Source: an uncultured Planctomycetia bacterium (GTDB taxonomy: Bacteria; Planctomycetota; GCA-002687715; DRQF01). From it: DNA of 64,000 nt. Under the pieces are notes generated by a model. It was given only the letters and a program-made list of their open reading frames with translations. It was not told where the DNA came from and did not search any database. The translations under genes and the position numbers were made by a program. This document shows positions 17,157-26,543 of the stretch, piece after piece. The stretch spans positions 8,247 to 72,246 of the forward strand of contig CAZLGG010000006.1 of NCBI GenBank assembly GCA_964559135.1, written 5' to 3'. The first letter of the stretch is position 1. The number at the start of each line of letters is the position of its first letter.

Positions 17157-17531
17157 CCCGCGGCTCGACCGCTCGTTTCGGACACCCCGCAAAACCCTGG
17201 GCGTCCCGCGGCGAATCTCCCCAGCGGTAGTGATCTGTGGCCGTCACGTTGTCGTGGGAGATCTGTGGAGATCCAGTGGATTTCATGAAACTCTCTCCAC
17301 ACGGCATCCGGGCGATCGGTCCACCCTTCCACACATCCTTCACCATCAACCCTGTTCTCTCCGAGGCCGCCAACGAGTTTTCCACGTCCTCGTTACCCTG
17401 CTGGCGCCATGTAACCACTTATGATCACATAGTTTATCACTGCTACGCTTGGTTTCTCCACAATTCTAGCCCACGTTAAGGAGATGACTGCGAGTTAAAT
17501 AGAGAAATAGAGAGAAGAGACCCGACACCCC
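17157..17531. other. Candidate replication origin (oriC)
   Basis: 375-bp gene-free gap with several DnaA-box-like 9-mers (TGTGGAGAT 17264, CTCTCCACA 17293, CCTTCCACA 17325, TTTTCCACG 17378, TTCTCCACA 17454) and the most AT-rich stretch I noticed (about 17408-17520). Confidence 0.5.
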
Positions 17532-18698
17532 ATGCCACGCGATGCGCCCTCCTATATCCTCGCGGCCCCTCGATCTCTCTACGTCCACATCCCGTTTTGT
17601 GAATCGAAGTGCTCCTACTGTGCCTTCAATTCGGTGGGACGGGAACATACCCCCGCCGGGCAGATGTCCGCGTACATCGACGCTTTGATCCGCGAACTCC
17701 GTGAGCTGAGAATCACCCAACCCCTCGAAACCCTCTACATCGGTGGCGGGACGCCTTCCTTGCTCGACCGCTCCCTGTGGAACCGCTTGGCCGAAGCTCT
17801 CCACAGCCACGCACCTTTGAAGGCGGACGCCGAGTGGACTCTCGAGATGAACCCCGGGACTCTTCACGACGGAAAACTCCGTGACTACCGACAGGCCGGA
17901 GTCACCCGGATCAGCCTCGGAGCTCAATCTCTCGATCCGTTCATCCTGCGATCGCTCGAGCGCATTCATTCTCCCGCGGATGTCTTCCGCGCCGTGGAGA
18001 AGATCGTCGAGGAGGGTTTTCGATCCTTCAATCTCGATCTCATCTACGGGCTCCCGAATCAGGGCTTGGAGAGTTTCAGACGCGATCTCGAAGCGCTTCT
18101 CGCTCTTGATCCCCCTCATCTCGCTCTCTACAACCTCCAGTTCGAGGATGGGACCACCCTCAGTCTGCAGCGATTGGGCGGGAGCGTGGAGGAAGAGCGA
18201 GAGGATGTGCAGATCGCCATGTTCGAAACCGCTTGCGAACTGACGGCGGCCCGTGGTCTTCTCCAATACGAGATTTCCAACTTTGCTCGTTCCGACCATC
18301 ATGCCCGTCACAACGAGGTCTATTGGAGAAACGAGCCGTATTACGGAATCGGTGCGGGTGCCTGGGGGAGCGTGGGAGGTGTACGTTATCGAAACGTTTG
18401 CTCAGCCGACCGCTACATCGAACGCATCGAAGACGGAGCGTCTCCCCGCGATGAGCAGGACGTCCTGCACCGAGACGCTCTTTTCATCGAATCCCTCGTC
18501 GTCATGCTTCGCCACGTAGACGGCATCGAGAAGTCCCTCATGGAACAACGTTTCGGTTTCGGTTGCCTCGATGAGAAGGAGCCGCTCTTCTCGCGATGGA
18601 TCGACGCGGGTTGGATGCAACGTCACGACGACCGTTGGACCCTCACCCGAGCCGGTCAACTCGTCTCGGACTCTCTCTTTCTCGAGCTCATGCCGTGA
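17532..18698 (+). CDS. hemW: Radical SAM heme chaperone HemW (HemN-like)
   Basis: LYVHIPFCESKCSYCAF (CxxxCxxC), TLYIGGGTPS, RISLGAQS, DLIYGLP, YEISNFA, HNEVYW. Confidence 0.93.
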   Translation: MPRDAPSYILAAPRSLYVHIPFCESKCSYCAFNSVGREHTPAGQMSAYIDALIRELRELRITQPLETLYIGGGTPSLLDRSLWNRLAEALHSHAPLKADAEWTLEMNPGTLHDGKLRDYRQAGVTRISLGAQSLDPFILRSLERIHSPADVFRAVEKIVEEGFRSFNLDLIYGLPNQGLESFRRDLEALLALDPPHLALYNLQFEDGTTLSLQRLGGSVEEEREDVQIAMFETACELTAARGLLQYEISNFARSDHHARHNEVYWRNEPYYGIGAGAWGSVGGVRYRNVCSADRYIERIEDGASPRDEQDVLHRDALFIESLVVMLRHVDGIEKSLMEQRFGFGCLDEKEPLFSRWIDAGWMQRHDDRWTLTRAGQLVSDSLFLELMP

Positions 18699-19279
18699 TC
18701 ACGGGCTCCACTTTGGTGGTGGACAATCGAGATTCCTTCGTCTGGAATCTCGTGATGCAGTTGCGAGAGCTCGGCGATCAGCCCGAAGTGTTGCCTTCTC
18801 ATCGCATCTCGCGGACATCCCTTGCCGCTCGCCGCCCCGGTCGTATTCTTCTCTCTCCTGGACCCGGGAGACCCCAAGACTACCCCGGCATGCAAGCCGC
18901 CTTGGAATGGGCTCGCCCGAGGGTGCCCGTTCTAGGGGTTTGCCTCGGATTGCAAGCCATCGGTAGCAGCGTGGGCTGGACGCTCACGCGCGCCCCGACG
19001 GCGACCCACGGGAAAACGTCTGTCCTCGAACACGATGGTCGTGGACTTTTCGCGGGACTTTCCAGCCCGTTGTCCGTCATGCGTTACCATTCACTGGTCT
19101 TGACCCGTGATCCGCCCAAGACCGATCTCGAAGTCACTTGCACGGTGAAACATGACACACGCCGACTCGTGATGGGACTTCGCGAAACGGAGCGACCCAT
19201 CGAAGGTGTCCAGTTTCATCCGGATTCTTTCGCCACGGAGTCCGGGATGGAAATGATGCGGAACTTCTTGTCTTGGTAG
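18695..19279 (+). CDS. Anthranilate/aminodeoxychorismate synthase component II (glutamine amidotransferase, TrpG/PabA)
   Basis: VDNRDSF, LSPGPG, GVCLG, MRYHSL, GVQFHP. Confidence 0.92.
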   Translation: MITGSTLVVDNRDSFVWNLVMQLRELGDQPEVLPSHRISRTSLAARRPGRILLSPGPGRPQDYPGMQAALEWARPRVPVLGVCLGLQAIGSSVGWTLTRAPTATHGKTSVLEHDGRGLFAGLSSPLSVMRYHSLVLTRDPPKTDLEVTCTVKHDTRRLVMGLRETERPIEGVQFHPDSFATESGMEMMRNFLSW

Positions 19280-19284
19280 AGCCG

Positions 19285-20166
19285 ATGAGTTTCTTCGACA
19301 GATTACGATCCCGATGCCAGTCCGTCTCGAGTCACCTGTGCGTAGGGATTGATCCGCGCATCGAGTGGATGCCGGACGATTTGCAGGCCGGCGACAGCCC
19401 CGATGAGCGTGCCCTCGCCTTGGAGCGATTCGGCTTCGAGATTCTGGATCTGGTCGCCGATCAATCCGCATGTGTCAAACCTCAGAGTGCGTTTTTCGAA
19501 CGAGAAGGATGGCGCGGGGTCAGGGCCCTGGAACGCATCACGATGGAAGCCAGGCGGCGCGGGGTTCTGGTCATCGGTGATGTCAAGCGCGGGGATATCG
19601 GTTCGACGGCGCGGGCCTACGCGGAAGCAGCATTCGCTCATGGCGAATCTGGGGATATGCTCTTCGACGCGGTGACTGTGAATCCTTATATGGGACGAGA
19701 CGCGGTGCTTCCATTCTACGAGTTGGGAAAAGACAAGGGTTGCGGTGTCTTCGTCCTCCTGCGAACCAGCAATCCCGGTGCCGTGGATCTTCAGGACAGC
19801 ATCGTCGAGGGCCGTCCACTTTACGAGCACGTGGCTGGTCTCTTGGGTGCGTGGGCCCCGAAAGGGGATCTGGGCGCCGTTGTCGGGGCGACGCGTCCCG
19901 GGGAGCTCGAAGCCCTGAGGAGATTGCTACCCGACCATTGGTTCCTCTTGCCCGGCGTCGGGGCGCAGGGTGGGACGATGAGGGATGCGGCGAAATCCGC
20001 AGATGCGGAGGGAAGCCGAATTCTTGTCAACGTTTCTCGGTCCATCGGTCATGCCTGGCGAACGAGTGAGAGCGAGACCTCTCCCGCGGATTGGAGAGAT
20101 AGGGTTCGTGCGGCCGCCATCACGTTTCGCAGTGATCTCGAAGACGCCATCGAGGCGCGTCGATGA
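19285..20166 (+). CDS. pyrF: Orotidine-5'-phosphate decarboxylase
   Basis: LCVGIDP, VKPQSAFFE, DVKRGDIGST, TVNPYMG, RTSNPG, GAVVGAT, LLPGVGAQGG, NVSRSI. Confidence 0.95.
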   Translation: MSFFDRLRSRCQSVSSHLCVGIDPRIEWMPDDLQAGDSPDERALALERFGFEILDLVADQSACVKPQSAFFEREGWRGVRALERITMEARRRGVLVIGDVKRGDIGSTARAYAEAAFAHGESGDMLFDAVTVNPYMGRDAVLPFYELGKDKGCGVFVLLRTSNPGAVDLQDSIVEGRPLYEHVAGLLGAWAPKGDLGAVVGATRPGELEALRRLLPDHWFLLPGVGAQGGTMRDAAKSADAEGSRILVNVSRSIGHAWRTSESETSPADWRDRVRAAAITFRSDLEDAIEARR

Positions 20167-20897
20167 CGTCCGAAAGCCGCTGGTACGAGAAGGCGTTCGG
20201 TCGGGCCTACCTGGACGTCTATGCCCACCGCTCCGAGGAGGCCGCTTTTGCGGAAGTGTCTTGGATTCGTCGCACGACATCCATGAAAACAGGCGACCTC
20301 GTGTTGGATCTGGCCTGCGGCAGCGGACGCCACGCGCGTGCGCTTGCATCGGCGGGACTTCGTTTGGTCGGCGTAGATCTTTCCATGGACCTGCTTCGAA
20401 TCGCAGAAGACGATCTCCAACTCCAATTTCTGCGTGCCGATATGCGGCGTCTTCCCCTGAAGGACGAGGTCTTCGGGCACGTGGTCAATCTCTTCACTTC
20501 CTTCGGGTATTTCGAGTCGGATCAAGAGAATGCGTCGGTGATCGAAGAGGTGGCGAGAGTCTTGCGTCCATCGGGAGGCTTTCTCATGGACTTTCTCAAC
20601 GCACCGGCCGTTGAAAAAGGACTCGTACCTCGGAGTTCGAAAACCGTAGGAGGGCGGGAGTTTGATGAGGAGCGACGCATTACTCCGGGACGTCGCCGCG
20701 TCGAAAAGACGGTCACCTTGATCGAAGGCGGTGTACCCAAGGATCGTTGGAAGGAGTCCGTGCGGCTCTTCGATCGAGATGAAATCGTCTCGATGATGAC
20801 ATCGGCCGGACTCACCGTCGACGCCGTTTTCGGAGGGCTCGATGGGAGAGCCTGGTCGCCCGACGCTCCCCGGCTCGTCGTCGTGGCGCACAAATGA
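20163..20897 (+). CDS. Class I SAM-dependent methyltransferase, NmbA-like (candidate N-methyl-bacillithiol methyltransferase)
   Basis: WYEKAFGRAYLDVYAHR N-terminus, VLDLACGSGRH, GVDLS, ADMR, NLFTSFGYF; ATGA overlap with bshC. Confidence 0.8.
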   Translation: MTSESRWYEKAFGRAYLDVYAHRSEEAAFAEVSWIRRTTSMKTGDLVLDLACGSGRHARALASAGLRLVGVDLSMDLLRIAEDDLQLQFLRADMRRLPLKDEVFGHVVNLFTSFGYFESDQENASVIEEVARVLRPSGGFLMDFLNAPAVEKGLVPRSSKTVGGREFDEERRITPGRRRVEKTVTLIEGGVPKDRWKESVRLFDRDEIVSMMTSAGLTVDAVFGGLDGRAWSPDAPRLVVVAHK

Positions 20898-22348
20898 GTT
20901 CCCCCAACGCTCGTCATTTGGGGCAAGCAGCGATGCGCGGCGACGAGGAGGCGTGGAGTTGGCTTCGTGACTCCACGCAGCCCCCAAGCCAAACGTCGCC
21001 CATCGCCTCCGGTGATCATCCCCACTGGGAGGCTGTGCATTCCGGCGCGATGGCGATCATTGCCGGGCAGCAACCCGGTCTTTATGCCGGCCCCCTCTAC
21101 GGACTCTACAAGGCGGCGGCAGCCGTGATGCGCGCCCGCGAGCTTCGCGAACGCGGAGAAGCGGCCGTCGCGGTCTTTTGGTTGGCCTCGGAGGATCACG
21201 ACCTGGATGAGGCGAACCGCCTCTATCTCCCCGCCGATGACTGGCGGACACACACGCTGCATCGTCTGCCCATCGACACCGTCGGCCGCAGTCTGGACCG
21301 CGTGCAGATGAGTGAGGAACACGTCGAGAAACTGATCGAATGGACACGAGGCTCGAATTCGGGCTCGGTCATCGCAGACCTTCATCCGAGAATCGGTGAA
21401 TCGATCGCATCGTGGACGCGGCGTCTCTACGGGTCGATCTTTGATCCGGACGAGCTGTTGATCGTCGAGCCCCGGGAGTTGGCCGCGCGGTTGAAGGTTC
21501 ATCGCCAGCAACTCATCGCGGAACGCAGGGCGTTGCAAGATGTTCTCGTGGCGAGAGCCGGCGCGATCGAGGATGCGGGATTCGCGCTCCAATTGGGCCG
21601 CCCGGATTCCGACTGGAGTCTCCTTTTCCAGGAGGACGACGCCGGGCGTCGCCGCCGATTGCAGGGGACGGCCAGGGAGTGGGCTGAAGCTCTTGCGAAG
21701 AACCCGGAACGTATCAGTTCCTCCGTGTGGACGCGTCCTTTGGCTCAGCAATGGATCTTTCCGCGAAGCGAGCAGATCTGCGGTCCGGGGGAGCTGGCCT
21801 ACATGGCGCAACTCATTCCCGCTTTCGGGGTCTTGAACCTCGCTCCTCCTACGCTGCGACCGCGCCCCCGTCTGTGGGTGATCGATGAGCAGGACCGAGA
21901 GGATCTGGACCGCCTGGGTCTCGATCCGGGGGGAGTCCTCCAATCCGGAGGCTCGAGTTTGGAGGCCGGGGACATCCTTCCCGCTCCGTGGGCGAAACTG
22001 TTGGATCAGTTGACTTCCATGGAGGAACATCTCCGCGGGACGCCCAAAGATCTCGCGTGGGCGGCGAAAGACCTTGCGGCCATGCGGCGTCAATGGAGGA
22101 AATCGGTGAATTCCCTCGAGAAGACTCTTCGAGGTCGAGCACGAAAAGAAAAGAGGGATGAATTGGCGCGCCGGCATCGTTTGAGGGAAAAGTTGTACCC
22201 GAGAGGTCGGCCCCAGGAGCGGGTCTGGTCGCCGGCCTGCCTGGCGCCGAAGGACCTGAGAGGATTCGGCCGTCAATTGTTGGACCGGATAGCCTCGCTC
22301 GAGTCTGGCCCGGGAATCTGGTTTTGGAAGAGAGACGACGCACCATGA
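20894..22348 (+). CDS. bshC: Bacillithiol biosynthesis cysteine-adding enzyme
   Basis: AGQQPGLYAGPLYGLYKA, VFWLASEDHD, GPGELAY, LYPRGRPQER. Confidence 0.9.
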   Translation: MSSPNARHLGQAAMRGDEEAWSWLRDSTQPPSQTSPIASGDHPHWEAVHSGAMAIIAGQQPGLYAGPLYGLYKAAAAVMRARELRERGEAAVAVFWLASEDHDLDEANRLYLPADDWRTHTLHRLPIDTVGRSLDRVQMSEEHVEKLIEWTRGSNSGSVIADLHPRIGESIASWTRRLYGSIFDPDELLIVEPRELAARLKVHRQQLIAERRALQDVLVARAGAIEDAGFALQLGRPDSDWSLLFQEDDAGRRRRLQGTAREWAEALAKNPERISSSVWTRPLAQQWIFPRSEQICGPGELAYMAQLIPAFGVLNLAPPTLRPRPRLWVIDEQDREDLDRLGLDPGGVLQSGGSSLEAGDILPAPWAKLLDQLTSMEEHLRGTPKDLAWAAKDLAAMRRQWRKSVNSLEKTLRGRARKEKRDELARRHRLREKLYPRGRPQERVWSPACLAPKDLRGFGRQLLDRIASLESGPGIWFWKRDDAP

Positions 22349-23094
22349 GCAAGACCTCCATCCTGGCTTTCGGGGCCCATCCGGACGACGTGGAATTGAA
22401 TGCCGGCGGGCTCTTGGCTCTCGCCGCGGGGCGAGGGGAACGAACCGTCATCTGTCATCTGACGCGAGGTGAGATGGGGACCCGCGGAACACCGGAGATG
22501 AGGGAAGAGGAAGCCCGGACCGCCGCAAAGACCCTGGGTGTTTCCGAGCTGGAGTTCTTGGGACAACCCGACGGATGGATCGAGGAAAATGAGGCGGCGA
22601 AGCGCGCCATCATCAGCGCGCTGCGGCGTCACCGTCCGAGTCTCGTCTTGGCTCCCTATTGGAAGGATCTCCATCCCGACCACGGGGTGACGGGCACCCT
22701 TGTCCGCAAGGCGGCCTTCTTATCCGGGCTCGTTCGCATCGACGACGGGCTTGCCCCATGGCGTCCGGCGCGTGTTCTTTATTACATGTCCCATGACCCC
22801 ATTCCCGCGGATTTGATCGTCGACATTTCTCCCGTCTTCGAGACGAAGAAGTCCGCAGCGCTTTGCTACCGTTCTCAGTTCTACGACCCGGATTCGCGTG
22901 AACCCGAAACCTTCATCTCACGCAGTGAATTCTGGGAGTTCTGGGAAGGCCGCGCATCGTGGTGGGGCCACTTCGTGGGTGTACGGTACGGAGAGGGGTA
23001 CGTCTCGGACGGACCGATCCCGACGCGCAACCCGGTCGAGATGTTTCAAGGGTTCGGCAAGTACAGGAATCCGGACTCGGAGGACGCGGTATGA
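22345..23094 (+). CDS. bshB1: N-acetyl-glucosaminyl-malate deacetylase
   Basis: AFGAHPDDVELNAGG, LTRGEMGTRGT, DLHPDH, VDIS..FETK, CYRSQF; between bshC and bshA. Confidence 0.92.
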   Translation: MSKTSILAFGAHPDDVELNAGGLLALAAGRGERTVICHLTRGEMGTRGTPEMREEEARTAAKTLGVSELEFLGQPDGWIEENEAAKRAIISALRRHRPSLVLAPYWKDLHPDHGVTGTLVRKAAFLSGLVRIDDGLAPWRPARVLYYMSHDPIPADLIVDISPVFETKKSAALCYRSQFYDPDSREPETFISRSEFWEFWEGRASWWGHFVGVRYGEGYVSDGPIPTRNPVEMFQGFGKYRNPDSEDAV

Positions 23095-24242
23095 GAATTG
23101 GAATCGCTTGCTACCCGACGTACGGCGGAAGCGGGGTCGTGGCCACCGAGCTTGGACTCGCTTTGGCGGAGATCGGTCACGAGGTCCACTTCTTGGCCTA
23201 CGAGCCACCGATTCGCCTGACGAGCTATCGGTCGAACATCTTTTATCACCAGGTTGGAGTCCCTGACTATCCGCTCTTTCGATACCCACCCTACGCCCTG
23301 TCGTTGGCGACGAAGATGGCGGAGGTCGTCGACCAGTACGACATCGAGCTGCTTCACGTTCACTACGCGATTCCCCACGCCGCAAGCGCCTGGATGGCGA
23401 AGGAAATGGTGGCTCCCAGACGACTCGGTATCGTGGTGACCTTGCATGGAACCGATATCACGATCGTCGGTCAGGACGCATCCTACAAGAGAGTCACGCG
23501 ATTCACTCTCGACAAAGCCGACGGAGTGACGACTGTGTCGAACTATCTCCGCGATGAAACGCACAAGGTCATCGAGACGAACAAAGACATCGAAGTCATT
23601 CCCAACTTCATCGACCTCAAACGCTTCGACGCCCACCCTTGTCCCGACGCGCAGGCGCTCCATGGAGGAAGCGACGAACTTCTGCTCGTTCATACTTCGA
23701 ATTTCCGCCCCGTGAAGCGGGTGGGAGACGTGGTGGAAGCCATGGCTCTCGTCGCGAAGGACATCTCCGTCAAACTTCTCCTCATCGGAGACGGACCGGA
23801 TCGCCCGGCGATTGAGGACCGGGTCAGGGAGTTGGGTTTGGCGGAAAGGGTGAGTTTTTTGGGGTCACAAGAATCCGTCGAGAGAATTCTTCCCTGCGCG
23901 GATGTCTTCGTCCTGCCTTCGATCTACGAGTCGTTCGGTTTGGCGGCGCTCGAGGCCATGGCCAGCGGACTGCCCGTCGTGGCGACCAATACGGGCGGGA
24001 TTCCCGAGGTGGTCGAGGACGGAGTCACGGGCTTTCTTGTTTCTCCAAGAAACCCGAAGGCCTTGGCTCGAGCGATTCGGGAGATGGCGCTGAACCCGGA
24101 ACGACGCAAGAGCATGGGCCGGGCGGCCCGGGCAAGAGCGGAGAGACTCTTCGATATTCGAAGGATACTTCCGACTTACGTGGCTCACTACGAGCGGGTT
24201 CTCGATGGCCTGGACGGCCGGATTCAGGCAGCAGTCGTGTGA
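23091..24242 (+). CDS. bshA: N-acetyl-alpha-D-glucosaminyl L-malate synthase
   Basis: [60 protein letters not shown]. Confidence 0.97.
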   Translation: MRIGIACYPTYGGSGVVATELGLALAEIGHEVHFLAYEPPIRLTSYRSNIFYHQVGVPDYPLFRYPPYALSLATKMAEVVDQYDIELLHVHYAIPHAASAWMAKEMVAPRRLGIVVTLHGTDITIVGQDASYKRVTRFTLDKADGVTTVSNYLRDETHKVIETNKDIEVIPNFIDLKRFDAHPCPDAQALHGGSDELLLVHTSNFRPVKRVGDVVEAMALVAKDISVKLLLIGDGPDRPAIEDRVRELGLAERVSFLGSQESVERILPCADVFVLPSIYESFGLAALEAMASGLPVVATNTGGIPEVVEDGVTGFLVSPRNPKALARAIREMALNPERRKSMGRAARARAERLFDIRRILPTYVAHYERVLDGLDGRIQAAVV

Positions 24243-24332
24243 ATAAGCCTGTGGAGCGAAACGCAAATCCATGGAGCGAGTCGCAGCGCATCGCGGCGGA
24301 ATTCTCATTCCACGCCAAGCGTCGACGAGGCT

Positions 24333-24995
24333 CTATTTCGGAATCGTGGTCAACTCTCGAAGGCGCTCGCGGGTCATCTGCGCGATGTCACCATCCGGAC
24401 TTTCGAGTTGATATTTCCGAGCCACCTTATCGACCATGGATTCCGTCACGCGGACGAACGCATCGAAGACTCCTTCGCCTGTCAATCCGTTCGTCGCAAA
24501 CGCGGGAAGTTTCCCCGTGTTCAGGTCGGCTTCCATGGCCTCGATGGCCATCGCGTCGGCAAGGTCGCGCTTGTTGAACTGGAGAACGAGGGGGATCTCT
24601 TCGATGTTCAGGCCGTTCGCGGCAAGGTTATCGGACAGATTCCTCAGGCTCTGTATGTTGTCGGCACGCCGCTTTTCGGAGGAGTCCGCCACGAAGACGA
24701 CCGCGTCGGCCCCCATGAGAACATACTTCCGGGTGAGGTTGTATTTCACTTGACCTGGAACGGTGAAGCCTTGAATCTTGACCTTGTATCCACCTAGGAC
24801 GCCGAGGTTGATGGGCAGGAAGTCGAAGAAGAGGGTTCGCTCCTCGTCGGTCTTCAGGGAAACCATCCTGACAGTCTCCTCGGGGTCCAGCACCGAATGG
24901 ATATACTTCAGGCTCGTGGTCTTGCCGCCGAGGCCAGGGCCGTAGTAAACGACCTTGGTGTTGATGGTTTTGTCTCGAGTGTTGACGATGCTCAT
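24333..24995 (-). CDS. mglA: MglA-like small Ras-like GTPase
   Basis: INTKVVYYGPGLGGKTT, ERTLFFDF, TVPGQV, ADAVVFVADS, QFNKRD. Confidence 0.88.
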   Translation of the reverse strand: MSIVNTRDKTINTKVVYYGPGLGGKTTSLKYIHSVLDPEETVRMVSLKTDEERTLFFDFLPINLGVLGGYKVKIQGFTVPGQVKYNLTRKYVLMGADAVVFVADSSEKRRADNIQSLRNLSDNLAANGLNIEEIPLVLQFNKRDLADAMAIEAMEADLNTGKLPAFATNGLTGEGVFDAFVRVTESMVDKVARKYQLESPDGDIAQMTRERLRELTTIPK

Positions 24996-25080
24996 CTTAT
25001 TGCAGTCACCCTATCCACGACTGTGAGGGGCCATAGGTGTCATCGGCAGATCAGGATGGGAATCTGAAACAGGAGCCGGA

Positions 25081-26226
25081 ATGCCCAGGCGAGTCTATCT
25101 GGATCACGCGGCGTCGAGTCCGCTTCTTCCCGAAGTCGCGGAAGCGATGGGTCGGGTGCAATCGACGGCCATGGGCAATCCAAGCAGCCTCCACTCGGAG
25201 GGGCGGCGTGCCCGCCGGGCCCTGGAGGACGCTCGCGAGACTCTCGCCGCGGCCTTGAACCGCCCGTCGAGGGAGGTGATCTTCACCGGGTCGGCGACCG
25301 AGGCCAACAATGCGGCGATCCTCGGAATCGCACCCGTTCTCGAATCCGCGGGTCGACAGACGATTCTGCTCTCACCGATCGAGCACCCCTCGATCCTGGA
25401 GCCTGCACGGAGGCTGGAGCGCCGCGGTTTCACGCTCAGGTGGATGCCCGTCATGCCGAACGGGGTCGTCGATCTGGAGGCCGCGGAAGCTCTGTTGGAT
25501 GATTCCGTGGGGTTTTCGTCGCTCATGTGGGTGAACAACGAGATCGGGACCGTCCAGCCCGTCCAAGCCTGGGCCGAGGTTTGCACGAACGCAGGCGTGG
25601 TTTTTCATTGCGACGCCGTCCAGGCCCTCGGAAAACAGGTTTGGGAACCACCCGTCGGCGCCTTGTTGACGGTTTCGGCTCACAAGATCGGCGGACCTCG
25701 AGGAGTCGGGGCGTTGATCATGCCGGCCGGCGTGCGGGCGGAGCCTCTTGTGGTGGGGGGGGCGCAAGAGCGGGATCGTCGCGCCGGCACGGAGAACGTG
25801 GTGGGAGCCGCCGGTTTTGCGGCGGCGGCGGCGGCGGTCCGCCGGGAGGAGGCGTCACGTCTTGCCCATCTGGCGGGTTTGGATCGTCTTCTTACGGCGC
25901 GACTCTCCGAGAAGGTCCCCTGCGTCAAATTCAACGTGCCGGAGGGGGCGCCGAGGGCACCCGGCATATGGAACCTCCATTGGCCGGGCCACTACGGCGA
26001 GGCGTTGCTCATTCGATTGGATTTGGAAGGCATCGCGGTCAGCTTGGGCAGCGCGTGCTCCTCGGGGGCGGTGGAGCCTTCACATGTCCTGGAGGCGCTG
26101 CAAAGGGATCGTGAGACCCTGTTCTCTTCGTTTCGGATCTCGGCGGGACGGACCACGACGAGGGAAGACATCGAGCAGTTCGTCACCGTCCTGGCTCGGG
26201 TCGCGCAAGAGGATGACGCAACGTGA
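25081..26226 (+). CDS. iscS: Cysteine desulfurase (IscS/NifS family)
   Basis: YLDHAASSP, GNPSSLH, FTGSATEANN, NNEIGTVQP, HCDAVQA, SAHKIGGP, SLGSACSS. Confidence 0.92.
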   Translation: MPRRVYLDHAASSPLLPEVAEAMGRVQSTAMGNPSSLHSEGRRARRALEDARETLAAALNRPSREVIFTGSATEANNAAILGIAPVLESAGRQTILLSPIEHPSILEPARRLERRGFTLRWMPVMPNGVVDLEAAEALLDDSVGFSSLMWVNNEIGTVQPVQAWAEVCTNAGVVFHCDAVQALGKQVWEPPVGALLTVSAHKIGGPRGVGALIMPAGVRAEPLVVGGAQERDRRAGTENVVGAAGFAAAAAAVRREEASRLAHLAGLDRLLTARLSEKVPCVKFNVPEGAPRAPGIWNLHWPGHYGEALLIRLDLEGIAVSLGSACSSGAVEPSHVLEALQRDRETLFSSFRISAGRTTTREDIEQFVTVLARVAQEDDAT

Positions 26227-26543
26227 ATGTGCGGCTGCGGCGGTGCCGATGCCCCGTCGTTCTCGCCATCAATTGTTGTGCCGAAAAAAAACTTGTTCCC
26301 CATAGAAGTTCTCAAGGTGCGGACCCGTCGAGAGATCGACGCCCAAAAAAAGATGACGCCGCGCGACACGGATCAGATGGGGGGGACACCGGTTGACGCT
26401 GGTGATGCCCGCCTCTATAGTCCGTCCCTGTCCCGCGGTGGTCATGGAACATGTTTCACCGGGCCGGGTGGTGCTTATTCCGACAACATGAGGTGGCCTG
26501 CAAACTAGCAGACGACGGTCGTCGTCTGCCCAATGGGTGGCGT

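Noticed and set aside
25081-26226. IscS homolog as a selenocysteine lyase serving the selenoprotein
   Set aside because: It has ordinary group I desulfurase motifs, lies 24 kb away and has no sel gene adjacent, so the sequence gives no support.
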